64,000 bases of DNA from Actinomycetota bacterium (GTDB lineage Bacteria; Actinomycetota; UBA4738; CALAEC01): positions 5,993-69,992 of the forward strand of contig JBOGVS010000012.1 in the NCBI GenBank assembly GCA_050692555.1, read 5' to 3'. Shown here piece after piece: positions 27,351 through 36,783 of the stretch (its first letter is position 1; each line of letters begins with the position of its first letter). Position numbers and translations under genes: made by a program. The notes under the pieces were generated by a model, which worked only from the letters and a program-made list of their open reading frames with translations, was not told where the DNA came from and searched no databases.

Positions 27351-29623
27351 GGGTTCGCGAGCTCTCTCTTCGCAACTACCGGGTGTTCGAGGAGCTCGAC
27401 CTGGAGCTCCCGGCGCGGGTCATCGGCGTCTTCGGACCGAATGGCTCGGGCAAGACCACGATCTGCGAGGCCATCCAATATGGGTGCTACGGGAAGGCTC
27501 GCACCGACAAGTCGCAGATCCGGACCCACGGCGTGCTCACCGACTGTCAGGTCCGGGTGGTCTTCGAGCACGGCGGCCAGCAGTACGAGGTCCGCCGGTC
27601 GATCCGCGGCCGCAACCACCAGACCGACGCCGAGCTCTACGTGGGCGACGTGCAGCTGGCCTCGGGGGTCACGGAGGTCGACGCGGCCATCCAGGGCCTC
27701 CTTCGCATGGACGTCCAGGTGTTCCGCGCGTCGGTGTTCGCCGAGCAGAAGCAGCTGGACGCGTTCAGCGATGTGACCAAGGGCAAACGTAAGGACATGG
27801 TGCTGCGCCTGCTGGGGATCCGGCCCGTGGACGAGGCCCGGACGGTCTCCCGGAAGGAGGCCCGGGAGTGCAAGAAGGATGCCGACCGCCTGGCCGGCAC
27901 CCTTCCCGATCTCGCCGAGCAGGAGAAGGCCCTCCAGGAGGCGCGGACGGCCGCGAAGCAGGTCCAGAATGCCGCGGAGAAGGCCGCGGAGAACCTGCGC
28001 AACGCCCAGGAGCGGGACGGCGCTGCAGAGAAGGCCTTCGGTGAGGCGGATCGGATCCGCCAGGAGGCCGAGCGGCTGGCCACGGCCCGCCAGGTCGTGG
28101 CGGAGGAGGTCGAACGCCTCCTGGCCCACCACGCCGAAGTCGGCGATCGGATCGAGCGGCTTCGAGCCGATCTGGCCGCCCTGCCCGACCTGGAGCGCGA
28201 GCGCGAGCGCCTGTCGGACGCGGCCGAACGCCTGGTGCTGGGCAGGCGGCTGGCGGAGGTCGACGTGGACCTCCGGCAGTTGCGGGCCCGCCTGGCGAAG
28301 CTCCCGGAGCTCGACACCGAGACGGCGCTGGCGGAGCTCGAGACCGCCCAGAGAGAAGCCCGGGCCGCGGACCGGACCCACACCAAGGCCGAGTCGGCCC
28401 ATGAGCGAACCACCCGTGACCTCGCGGAAGCCGAAGACGCCCTGGCCAAGGCGGCCGAGGCCGACCCCTCACAAGCCTGCCCCACGTGTGGCCGTCCACT
28501 GGGGGATGACTTCCGGGAGTACCTGAAGCACTGCAGGGATCGGGTCCGTCTGGCCAAGGCCGAAGCCCGCACCGCCGCCACTGCGCTCAAGGCGGCCACC
28601 ACCGCCGCCACGGCCGCGGGACGACGACTGAACCAGGCCACCACGGCCGGCGAGGCGGCCCGTGAAGCGGCGGGAGCTCGGGCGGATCTCGGCACGCGGA
28701 TCGAGGAGTCGGAAGCGAAGCTGGCCGAGCTGGCCGAGCCGTTCCGGGGACAGGTTCCCGACCTCCAGGAGCTGGAGACCGACGCCCATCGAGCCCAGGA
28801 GATCGGCGCCCGGGTCGCGGAGCTCACCGGCGAACGGAAGCACCTCTCGGCCCTGGAGAAGGACCTGGGGAAGGCCGGCTCCGACCTCGAGGTCCGCCGG
28901 TCCAAGCTCGAAGCGCTGGACAAGGAGGCCGCCGCGCTGGCCTTCGATCCCGAGGACCACGCCAGGCTGCGGAAGGAACGCGACGAGGCCGAGCGCCTCC
29001 TGCATCAGGCCCAGGGAAAGGAACGCGAAGCCGCGGCCGCCACGGCCGAGGCGCGGCAGTTCGTGACCCGCCTCGAGGGTGCGTTGGAGCAGGCTCACCA
29101 GACCCGGGGAAAGGTCGAGGAGCTGCGCGACGAGGCCCGGTACCTCGATCGGGTCTCCGGCCTCCTCGAGGGGTTCCGCACCTACCTGTACGGCCGGATC
29201 GTCCCCGAGCTATCCAGAGAAGCGGAGGCCCTGTTCCGGGACCTAACCAGCAGCGAGTACGACGATCTCCGGATCGACGCAGACACGCTGGAGATCGAGA
29301 TCGCAGACGGGGATCGATACTTCCCCATCGAGCGGTTCAGCGGCTCGGAGAGCGACCTGGCGAACCTGGCCCTCCGGGTGGCCATCTCCACCCACCTGTC
29401 ACGGATGTGGGGGGCCGACGTGGGGATGCTGGTGCTGGACGAGGTCCTGGCCTCGCTCGACGTGGAGCGAAAGGATCTGTTCGTCCGGACCATGGCGAGG
29501 CTGGCCGGACGGTTCCACCAGGTGTTCGTGATCACCCATGCCGAGCAGGTGAAGGACCAGTTCCCGGCGACCCTCGAGGTTCGCAGGGTCGGCCGCCGCC
29601 GTAGTGAGGTCGTGCTGACGTAA
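27347..29623 (+). CDS. sbcC: Rad50/SbcC-family SMC-like ATPase with zinc hook
   Basis: Walker A GPNGSGKTT, long coiled coil, zinc-hook CPTCGRPL, signature SGSESD, Walker B/D-loop MLVLDEVLASLD. ATGA overlap with sbcD. Confidence 0.9.
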   Translation: MRVRELSLRNYRVFEELDLELPARVIGVFGPNGSGKTTICEAIQYGCYGKARTDKSQIRTHGVLTDCQVRVVFEHGGQQYEVRRSIRGRNHQTDAELYVGDVQLASGVTEVDAAIQGLLRMDVQVFRASVFAEQKQLDAFSDVTKGKRKDMVLRLLGIRPVDEARTVSRKEARECKKDADRLAGTLPDLAEQEKALQEARTAAKQVQNAAEKAAENLRNAQERDGAAEKAFGEADRIRQEAERLATARQVVAEEVERLLAHHAEVGDRIERLRADLAALPDLERERERLSDAAERLVLGRRLAEVDVDLRQLRARLAKLPELDTETALAELETAQREARAADRTHTKAESAHERTTRDLAEAEDALAKAAEADPSQACPTCGRPLGDDFREYLKHCRDRVRLAKAEARTAATALKAATTAATAAGRRLNQATTAGEAAREAAGARADLGTRIEESEAKLAELAEPFRGQVPDLQELETDAHRAQEIGARVAELTGERKHLSALEKDLGKAGSDLEVRRSKLEALDKEAAALAFDPEDHARLRKERDEAERLLHQAQGKEREAAAATAEARQFVTRLEGALEQAHQTRGKVEELRDEARYLDRVSGLLEGFRTYLYGRIVPELSREAEALFRDLTSSEYDDLRIDADTLEIEIADGDRYFPIERFSGSESDLANLALRVAISTHLSRMWGADVGMLVLDEVLASLDVERKDLFVRTMARLAGRFHQVFVITHAEQVKDQFPATLEVRRVGRRRSEVVLT

Positions 29624-29633
29624 GGAGGACCCC

Positions 29634-30056
29634 ATGTCCGCGAGGGAGGAAAAGCCGCTGCTTCCGTTCACCAGGCTGGTGCTGGTGATCTCCGCGGTGG
29701 TGCAGGCGGCCTTCGGAGTGGCCTGTGTGTTCTCGCCCTCGTTCATGAACTCGGTGGCGCTGCCCGATCCACTGCCGCCGTCCTCCGACCTGGTCTATCA
29801 GTACTTCGGGGCCCTGTTCCTGGCGAACGCGTGGGGCGCGGTGTACGCGCAGCGACAGAAACGATGGGTGGCGGCTCGCACGTACCTGGCCATCTCCGGC
29901 CCGTTCGTCGCCCTCACCGTGGCCCTCACCGTGGCCGCCGCCGTCGGAGAGCCCGGAGTCCCCACAACCGTGTGGCTGTACGTGGGCCTGGCCGCCCTGT
30001 ACCTGCCCAGCGTGGCGTACGTGTGGGGCATGGAGTCCGCGCGACGACCTGTCTGA
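29634..30056 (+). CDS. Hypothetical membrane protein (4 TM)
   Basis: RBS aaggagg. Hydrophobic helices. No recognisable motif. Confidence 0.45.
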   Translation: MSAREEKPLLPFTRLVLVISAVVQAAFGVACVFSPSFMNSVALPDPLPPSSDLVYQYFGALFLANAWGAVYAQRQKRWVAARTYLAISGPFVALTVALTVAAAVGEPGVPTTVWLYVGLAALYLPSVAYVWGMESARRPV

Positions 30057-30079
30057 TCCGCCGTCAGTGGCTGCCACGC

Positions 30080-30472
30080 CTATCCGCGCTGACGGTCCTT
30101 CTTGACCACGAACGTGCCGGTGGCCCGGGTGGTAACCACCGGCTCGCCCAGCAGCTCGGCTGCGCTGTCGTTGACGTCGTAGCGGGGCTGGATGTACTTG
30201 CGGCACTCGAACTGGCACTTCCGGCTGGTGTTGCCCACGCTCACCACCTGCCCCGTGACCTCAAGGAAATCCCCCGCGTACACGGGGGCCAGGAACTCGA
30301 CCGATTCATATCCCGCCAGCAGGCCCTCGTCCCCGTCGTGGCGGATGGCCAGCTCGGTGGCTACGTCGCCGAACAGCTCCATGATCTTGGCACCGGCCAC
30401 CAGGTTCCCGCCGTAGTGCGCGTCGGTCTGGGCCATCCGCATCCGCAGCGTGCAGGTCGGCAGATCAGCCAT
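30080..30472 (-). CDS. kal: Hotdog-fold protein, 3-aminobutyryl-CoA ammonia-lyase (Kal)-like
   Basis: ~130-aa hotdog-size protein immediately downstream of kamD-kamE with an overlapping start. Assignment is contextual plus size/fold. Confidence 0.5.
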   Translation of the reverse strand: MADLPTCTLRMRMAQTDAHYGGNLVAGAKIMELFGDVATELAIRHDGDEGLLAGYESVEFLAPVYAGDFLEVTGQVVSVGNTSRKCQFECRKYIQPRYDVNDSAAELLGEPVVTTRATGTFVVKKDRQRG

Positions 30473-31214
30473 CTGGCTTCTTTCGGCCCAGGGCCCAGGC
30501 GAGGTACGAGGCCACCTCGCTCGGGGTGGTCCCCTTGGCGAACACCCGGTCGTAGCCCAGCTCGGCCGCCATGTCCGGAGAGAGACGCGGGCCGCCGGCG
30601 ATCATCAGGAACCGTCCCCGCAGCCCTCGCCGGTCAACCTCCTCGGCGAACTCCCGGAGGTGCCGGATGTGAGCGTCCTTCTGGGTGACCACCTGGCTGA
30701 TCAGGACGGCGTGGGCTCCTTCTTCCACCGCCCGCTCCGCCAGGTCACCGGCATCCACCTGGGATCGGAGGTTGATCACCCGAAAGCACCGGTACGACTC
30801 CAGCCCCTTGTCCCCCGCCCATCCCTTCACCGACAGGATGGCGTCCAGGCCCACGGTGTGCGCGTCGGTGCCCACCACCGCGCCGGCGATCACGGCCTCC
30901 TTCCGCCCGCCCAGCGCCTCCCGAACCTTCCGGGTCACCTCTTTCTGGTCGAGCAACGGATAGGGCCGCTCCTCCACGGTCACCGCGGACATGTCCACCG
31001 AGTGATCCACGCTCCCGTACACCACGAAGAACGTGAACCGGGGACCCATGGCCTTCCGGTGCACCACCAGAGGCCGGTGGATCCCCATCTTCTCGGCTAG
31101 CTGACGGGCGGCGCCCTCCGCCTTCTCATCCGAGGGGATCGGAAGGGTGAACGAGACCTGGACCTTGCCGTCGTCGGTGTCGTCCCCGTACGGCCGGATT
31201 CCCGCCTCGGTCAT
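30465..31214 (-). CDS. kamE: Lysine/beta-lysine 5,6-aminomutase beta subunit (B12-binding, KamE-like)
   Basis: Cobalamin-binding DxHxxG motif (TDAHTVG) in a Rossmann-like domain. ~250 aa. Overlaps kamD. Confidence 0.75.
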   Translation of the reverse strand: MTEAGIRPYGDDTDDGKVQVSFTLPIPSDEKAEGAARQLAEKMGIHRPLVVHRKAMGPRFTFFVVYGSVDHSVDMSAVTVEERPYPLLDQKEVTRKVREALGGRKEAVIAGAVVGTDAHTVGLDAILSVKGWAGDKGLESYRCFRVINLRSQVDAGDLAERAVEEGAHAVLISQVVTQKDAHIRHLREFAEEVDRRGLRGRFLMIAGGPRLSPDMAAELGYDRVFAKGTTPSEVASYLAWALGRKKPDG

Positions 31215-32803
31215 GGCTGCACCTTCCGTCCGTGCTCCCAGAGCTCGAGGAACGGGTTGAGGTATCCCTCCTCGATCTCCACCACGCCGTCCAGACCGTG
31301 CCCGCCGTCCGGTGCCCGGCTGGTGTCCGCGAATTCACCGGCCCGGATGGCCTCGAACATCCCCCGGTCGGCCACGCGCCGGAGCATCTCGACGGTGTCC
31401 TGAAGCACGCGCATGGCCCGTTCCCGGATCCGCCCGTCCCGCGGTGGCCACCACTCGTCGGCCACGTGCTTCGCCGTGCGGACCATGTACCGGGCGCTCT
31501 CGATGGCCAGGTCCCGGTCGGAGAGCCACGGGGTATGGATGCCCTCGGTCATCATCCCGATCAGCAGGATCTCCTGCCCGGTGAGCACCCCGGTCAGGTG
31601 GAACATCCCGTCGAGCAGGTACCCGAGGAAAACGTTGCCGGTCATGTGCTTGGTCGGCGGCATGTACTTCAGCGGCGCCTCGGGGAACAGCTCGCGCACC
31701 AGCTGGGCATGGGCCAGCTCCATCAGCCACTGGTCGGGAAGGTCCGGGTCGATCTCGAACGCGTGCCCCAGCCCCAGTTGCCACGGCTCCAGGCCGGCAT
31801 CGAGGCCGAACCGCTCGTTGATCAGCTGGGAAGCCACCACGGTGTGGGCCGCTTCGACCGCGTCGGCAGTGGTCAGGTAGTTGTCCTCGCCGGTATTGAT
31901 GATGATCCCGGCCCGGGCGTGGATCATCCGGCTGAAGCGCTGGTCGATGAACGTACGCTTCATGTTGATGTCCCGAAAGATGATCCCGTACATGCAGTCG
32001 TTGAGCATCATGTCGAGCCGTTCCAGCGCGGCCAGGGCGCCGATCTCGGGCATGCACAGCCCGCTGGCGTAGTTGGTCAGGCGCACGTACCGGCCGACCT
32101 CGCCCGAGACCTCGTCCAGGGCGTCCCGCATCAGCCGGAAGTTCTCCCGGGTCGCATAGGTGCCTGCATACCCCTCGGTGGTGGGCCCTTCGGGAACGAA
32201 ATCCAGGAGGGACTGGCCCGTGGAGCGGATCACCGCCACGATGTCGGTCCCCGCCCGGGCAGCGGCCTGGGCCTGAGGGATGTCCTCGTGGATGTTCCCG
32301 GTGGCCACGATGAGGTAGATCCACGGCTTCTCCGGGTCACCCAGACGCCTGAGGAGGTCGTCGCGGTCCCGGCGACGCTCCAGGATCCTGGCGTCGGCTC
32401 GACGGGCGGAGGCCAGGGCGGCCTCCCGAGCAGGGGCGGGATCGTCCGGCCATCGGAACGTGAGATCGCCGGTCTCCACCCCGGGTCCGAGCTCGTCGAT
32501 CCCGATCCCCTGTCGCACCAGGGCGTCGAACACGGGGATGGCCACTCCCCGCCCGAGTCCCATGTCCTCCCGGACCCGGTCCACGACGAGATTGGGGTAC
32601 GGACGGGCGTCCACCCCCTCCCCCACCGCGCCGTCCAGGCCACACAGGCGCAGCACCGACCGCTCGATGGCCACGGTGGTGTGAGCAGCGATCATGTCCT
32701 CGACCGGCCGACATACCGCGGCCGCGAGGTCGCGGGCCTCCTGCACGAGCGCGTCGTCGAGCCCGAGCTTCTTCACCGGGGCCGAGTGTATCCGGGCCGG
32801 CAC
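31211..32803 (-). CDS. kamD: Lysine/beta-lysine 5,6-aminomutase alpha subunit (KamD-like TIM-barrel)
   Basis: N-terminus AAHTTVAIERSVLRLCGLDG closely resembles KamD. ~530 aa. Confidence 0.75.
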   Translation of the reverse strand: MPARIHSAPVKKLGLDDALVQEARDLAAAVCRPVEDMIAAHTTVAIERSVLRLCGLDGAVGEGVDARPYPNLVVDRVREDMGLGRGVAIPVFDALVRQGIGIDELGPGVETGDLTFRWPDDPAPAREAALASARRADARILERRRDRDDLLRRLGDPEKPWIYLIVATGNIHEDIPQAQAAARAGTDIVAVIRSTGQSLLDFVPEGPTTEGYAGTYATRENFRLMRDALDEVSGEVGRYVRLTNYASGLCMPEIGALAALERLDMMLNDCMYGIIFRDINMKRTFIDQRFSRMIHARAGIIINTGEDNYLTTADAVEAAHTVVASQLINERFGLDAGLEPWQLGLGHAFEIDPDLPDQWLMELAHAQLVRELFPEAPLKYMPPTKHMTGNVFLGYLLDGMFHLTGVLTGQEILLIGMMTEGIHTPWLSDRDLAIESARYMVRTAKHVADEWWPPRDGRIRERAMRVLQDTVEMLRRVADRGMFEAIRAGEFADTSRAPDGGHGLDGVVEIEEGYLNPFLELWEHGRKVQP

Positions 32804-32810
32804 TCCCGGC

Positions 32811-33098
32811 TCAGGAGGAAGGTTGTGCGGGAGGCTCGGAGGCCGGGGCCGGCTCCGGCTCGGCCGTGGGCACCGGCCGGGTGATCGGGGGCGGCCCCGG
32901 CTTGGGCCGGGCCTTGCGGCGCGAGAACGGGGCCCACCACGCCAGCAGGAGCCCCAGAACCACGCCGATGGCCGGGAACCCGAAGACCGCCATGTTGTCG
33001 AGGGGGCGGATCCCGAACTGCTGGAGGTCGACGGCCACGAACAGTCCGAAGAGCAGACCGGAGACCGCGCCGAGCACCGGCCGCCCTCGGAACTTCAC
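32811..33098 (-). CDS. Small membrane protein with Pro-rich C-terminal tail
   Basis: Two TM helices followed by a PKPGPPPITRPVPTAEPEPAP tail. 8 nt upstream of kamD. Confidence 0.4.
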   Translation of the reverse strand: MKFRGRPVLGAVSGLLFGLFVAVDLQQFGIRPLDNMAVFGFPAIGVVLGLLLAWWAPFSRRKARPKPGPPPITRPVPTAEPEPAPASEPPAQPSS

Positions 33099-33727
33099 GC
33101 CATCCCCTTCTTCCCGGCGGCGGCCACGCCCATCCCGATCGCCGTCACCAGTGTCAGACCGGCCGCCGTGGCGCCGGGCACCGTGGTCAGGGGGTTGCCC
33201 TCGATCAGCACCATCGCGGACCCATCGCACCGGCCGCCCTTCCCGACGTGCTCCCCCTCGATCTCGTACAGGCCCACCAGGTCGAAGGGAAGCAGCCGGC
33301 CGTACGCCGCGTCGAGCGGATAGTCGCCCTCGGCCCGCTTTGCCCCTCCCCGATTCGGGTGGCTCCACTCGGCCACCTTCACTGAGTTCGGTCCCACCAC
33401 CACGGCGATGAACCCGCTGTGGTCCTTGATCACCTTCCGACTGGTCCCCACGTAGTGGATGTCGAGGTTCCCCTCGTTCGGAAGGACCACGGGGTTCGCG
33501 GCGGTGTCGTTGGCCGGCGTGTACGTCTGGTTTCCGATGGTGGCCTTCGCGTTGCATCCCCCGGTAACCCCCGCGGAGACCGGGGAACCGATCAGGAGCA
33601 CGGTGGGGATGGCGAGCGCGGCGAGGTGGAGGACGCGGCGCACGTGGTGCCGGGCTCGTGCGTGGCGGCTGCGGAGCGAACCAACCACTCGAGGAGGAGC
33701 GTAGTTCCCGGGCCTCCGAGCGGTCAA
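33095..33727 (-). CDS. Secreted / membrane-anchored hypothetical protein (exact start uncertain)
   Basis: Signal-peptide-like LHLAALAIPTVLLIGSPVSAG and a C-terminal hydrophobic anchor. 4-nt overlap with the downstream small gene. Confidence 0.4.
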   Translation of the reverse strand: MTARRPGNYAPPRVVGSLRSRHARARHHVRRVLHLAALAIPTVLLIGSPVSAGVTGGCNAKATIGNQTYTPANDTAANPVVLPNEGNLDIHYVGTSRKVIKDHSGFIAVVVGPNSVKVAEWSHPNRGGAKRAEGDYPLDAAYGRLLPFDLVGLYEIEGEHVGKGGRCDGSAMVLIEGNPLTTVPGATAAGLTLVTAIGMGVAAAGKKGMA

Positions 33728-33804
33728 CGGGAGGAACCGGACGGAACGGGCGACGATCGGCCACGGACGCCGTGGGAGCAGGGGCGCGGGTACGATGGCC
33801 CGAC

Positions 33805-35406
33805 GTGAGCGCGACGGCGTACGACGTGGCCATCATCGGCGGCGGGCACAACGGCCTGGTGTGCGCCGCATACCTGGCCCGAGCCGGACGTCGGGTGGTG
33901 GTCCTGGAGCGCCGGCATCTGGTGGGCGGGGCCGCGGTCACCGAGGAGCCGTGGCCGGGGTTCCGGGTCTCCACGGCCTCGTACGTGGTGAGCCTCCTCC
34001 AGGACAAGATCGTCCGAGACCTGGACCTCCCCAGGCACGGCTACGAGGTCTACCCGCTGGACCCCGCGTACTTCACCCCGTTCCCCGACGGCCGGGGGAT
34101 CCTGGTGTGGGACGAGCCCCATCGAGCCGCGGAGGAGATCGCCCCGTTCAGCCGCCACGATGCCGAGGCATACCTGCGGTACTCGAGGGACCTGGACCGG
34201 CTGGCGGACTTCGTCCGGCCGTTGCTGCTCCGAACCCCGCCGGGGATGGAGCTCAGCTCGCTGGACGATGTGCTCGACGCCGCCTCGTTCGGCGCCTACC
34301 TCCTGGGCCACCGGCGCATCCTCCCGGACGTCATCGACCTGATGACGATGTCGGTGGCGGACTTCCTCGATCGGTACTTCGTGAACGAAGCGGTGAAGGG
34401 GGCGCTGTGCCCCGGCGGAGTAATCGGGATGTGGGGCGGCCCGATGAGCCCCGGCTCCGCCTATGTGCTCCTCCACCACCGGATGGGCGACGTCAACGGG
34501 ATCCGCGGGGGGTGGGGATTCGTCCGCGGGGGGATGGGAGGGGTGTCCGAGGCCATCGCCGCGGCGGCCCGGGAGGCGGGAGCCGAGATCCGCACCACCG
34601 CCCCGGTGGCCAGTGTCGACATGCGGAACGGGCGGGCCAACGGGGTCCTCCTGGCCGACGGGACGTGGATCAAGGCCCGGGCGGTGGCCTCGGGGACCCA
34701 CCCCCGAACCACGTTCTTCGACCTGGTGGGCCGGGAGCACCTTCCCGAGGATCTGGTCACCGAGATCGAGCGGTTCCGGACCCGGGGCTCGTCGGCCAAG
34801 GTCAACCTGGCGCTCTCGGAGCTCCCCGACTTCCTGGCCCGCCCCGGGACCCAGCTCGACCTCCAGCACCCCGAGTTCATCATCAGCCCCTCGGTCGAGT
34901 ACGTGGAGCGAGCGTGGGACGATGCGAAGCTCGGCCGGCCCTCGGCGCGACCACTGCTCGACTGCGTGATCCCCACCACGAAGGACCGAGCGCTGGCCCC
35001 GGAGGGGGCCCACATCCTGACCGCGTTCGTCCAGTACGCCCCCTACGATCTGGCCGGTGGGCGGTCCTGGGACCAGGAGCGTGACGCCCTGGGCGACACC
35101 GTGATCGACACGATCGCCGAGTACGCGCCCAACGTGAAGCGGGCGGTGATCCATCGTGAGGTGGTGACCCCGTTCGACCTCGAGCAGCGTTTCGGGCTCC
35201 TGGGAGGGAACATCTTCCAGGGCGAGATGGCCCTCGACCAGCTGTTCAACATGCGGCCGGCGGTCCAGGCCGGCGCCTACCGGACCCCGGTCCGGGGCCT
35301 GTACCTGTGCGGCTCGGGCACCCACCCCGGTGGCGGGGTGATGGGGGCGCCGGGGCACAACGCCGCTCGTACGATCCTCCGGGACCTCCGAACGTGGCGG
35401 GGCTGA
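33805..35406 (+). CDS. FAD-dependent oxidoreductase, phytoene-desaturase (CrtI)-like family
   Basis: YDVAIIGGGHNGLVCAAYLARAG dinucleotide-binding motif. ~530 aa amine-oxidase/CrtI architecture. GTG start at residue 50 of the ORF. Confidence 0.75.
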   Translation: MSATAYDVAIIGGGHNGLVCAAYLARAGRRVVVLERRHLVGGAAVTEEPWPGFRVSTASYVVSLLQDKIVRDLDLPRHGYEVYPLDPAYFTPFPDGRGILVWDEPHRAAEEIAPFSRHDAEAYLRYSRDLDRLADFVRPLLLRTPPGMELSSLDDVLDAASFGAYLLGHRRILPDVIDLMTMSVADFLDRYFVNEAVKGALCPGGVIGMWGGPMSPGSAYVLLHHRMGDVNGIRGGWGFVRGGMGGVSEAIAAAAREAGAEIRTTAPVASVDMRNGRANGVLLADGTWIKARAVASGTHPRTTFFDLVGREHLPEDLVTEIERFRTRGSSAKVNLALSELPDFLARPGTQLDLQHPEFIISPSVEYVERAWDDAKLGRPSARPLLDCVIPTTKDRALAPEGAHILTAFVQYAPYDLAGGRSWDQERDALGDTVIDTIAEYAPNVKRAVIHREVVTPFDLEQRFGLLGGNIFQGEMALDQLFNMRPAVQAGAYRTPVRGLYLCGSGTHPGGGVMGAPGHNAARTILRDLRTWRG

Positions 35407-35430
35407 GCGCCGGGCGATAACGTTCGGCCT

Positions 35431-35916
35431 ATGGAACCCCCGAGGGCGGACGGCGCTCTTCGGCTCCTGGTTCGGCTCCTCCTGGTCGTGGCCGCGCTGC
35501 TGCTGCTGTGGCTCTCGGATCAGCGCCTGTACGCCCTCAGAGATGAGTTCGGGGTCTCGTTCCTCTTCCCTGTGGGGGCATGGCTGGTTTACGTGTTGCT
35601 GGCAGCCCTGGCGGGCTTCGCATTTGCCCTCGCACTCGTTCTCCCCTCTCGGTTCGACGGCTACCGGGGCATCCGAGTGCTGGTGCTGAGCTTGCCCCCG
35701 CTGGTGCTCCTGGTGGTGGGCGTCATCGTGCCAACCCGCAACGTGATCGAGGTGGCCCCGGAGTTCATCCTTCGCCTGAGCTTGCTGTTCGGTGGAGCCA
35801 TCCAGGGCGTGGCCGCGGTGATGCTGGGCGCCGTCCTCGGGGCCGGCTTTGCCGAGCGACCCGTCCATCTAGACCGGGGTAGCCGCCTCAGCCCGGAGGT
35901 CGGCCCGCCGGGCTGA
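35431..35916 (+). CDS. Hypothetical membrane protein
   Basis: Four hydrophobic helices. Its 3' end overlaps the convergent EamA gene by ~48 nt. Confidence 0.4.
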   Translation: MEPPRADGALRLLVRLLLVVAALLLLWLSDQRLYALRDEFGVSFLFPVGAWLVYVLLAALAGFAFALALVLPSRFDGYRGIRVLVLSLPPLVLLVVGVIVPTRNVIEVAPEFILRLSLLFGGAIQGVAAVMLGAVLGAGFAERPVHLDRGSRLSPEVGPPG

Positions 35917-36783
35917 GAGCTCCGAGACGGCCATGGCTCCCAGCACCAGCAGGGCGCCGATCCACTGGTGGAACGCCAGTCGCTCCCCCAGCCACACCGC
36001 GGAGAATGCCGCCGCGGACACCGACTCCCCGGCCAGGATGACCACCGCCCGGGCCGCGGTGACCTGGCGCTGGGCCAGGACCTGCAGGGTGTAGGCCACC
36101 CCGGACCCCAGCACCCCGGTGACCAGCAGCAGGTGCCAGGCATCTACGGCGCCCTCCGGGCGCAACCCCTCCCCCAGGGCCAGAGTGGCCACCACGTGCA
36201 GGGCCGCCGCTCCACCCATCTGGGCCGCCGACAAGAGGACCGGCAGGTGCCGGCCGACGAAGCGGCCGAGGGTCACGACGTGCGCGGCCCAGGCCACCGA
36301 CCCCGCCAGGACCAGGAGATCGCCGAATCGAGGGCGGAGGTCCCGGAGGCTGGGGACGGACAGGAGGGCCAGCCCGACCACCGAGAGGACCACGGCGATC
36401 CACACCGCTCGTCGGGCGGACTGACGGAACAGCAGAACCCCGAGGATGGGAACGAACACCACATACAGGCCGGTGATGAATCCCGCGTTGGTGGCGGTGG
36501 TCCGAGCCAGGCCTTCGGTCTGCAGCGTGTAGCCCAGGAAGATGAACGAGCCAAGCAGGAGGCCGGGACCGACCACCCGCCGGACGTCCGCCCCCCGGAT
36601 CTGGCGCCGGGCCACCAGCGGGATGGCCGCCACGATCGTCAGGAACCCGATCACCCGGGTCCAGGCCATGAACGGGTAGATGCCCGTCACCACGATCCCC
36701 AGCTTCGCGGCGGGAAACGTGGCCCCCCAGAGGATGGGTGTCAGCAGGAGCAGCAGTCCCGGATCGATCCGGCGCTCGGCCAT
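35869..36783 (-). CDS. EamA/DMT-family transporter
   Basis: Ten TM helices with a duplicated EamA-domain pattern. Start at M79. TGATG overlap with the amidohydrolase stop. Confidence 0.75.
   Translation of the reverse strand: MAERRIDPGLLLLLTPILWGATFPAAKLGIVVTGIYPFMAWTRVIGFLTIVAAIPLVARRQIRGADVRRVVGPGLLLGSFIFLGYTLQTEGLARTTATNAGFITGLYVVFVPILGVLLFRQSARRAVWIAVVLSVVGLALLSVPSLRDLRPRFGDLLVLAGSVAWAAHVVTLGRFVGRHLPVLLSAAQMGGAAALHVVATLALGEGLRPEGAVDAWHLLLVTGVLGSGVAYTLQVLAQRQVTAARAVVILAGESVSAAAFSAVWLGERLAFHQWIGALLVLGAMAVSELSARRADLRAEAATPV

Noticed and set aside
33781-33810. Apparent in-frame stop/frameshift in the FAD oxidoreductase when hand-translating the printed sequence
   Set aside because: The ORF track shows an uninterrupted frame across this point. 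I treat it as my own off-by-one reading error, not a pseudogene.
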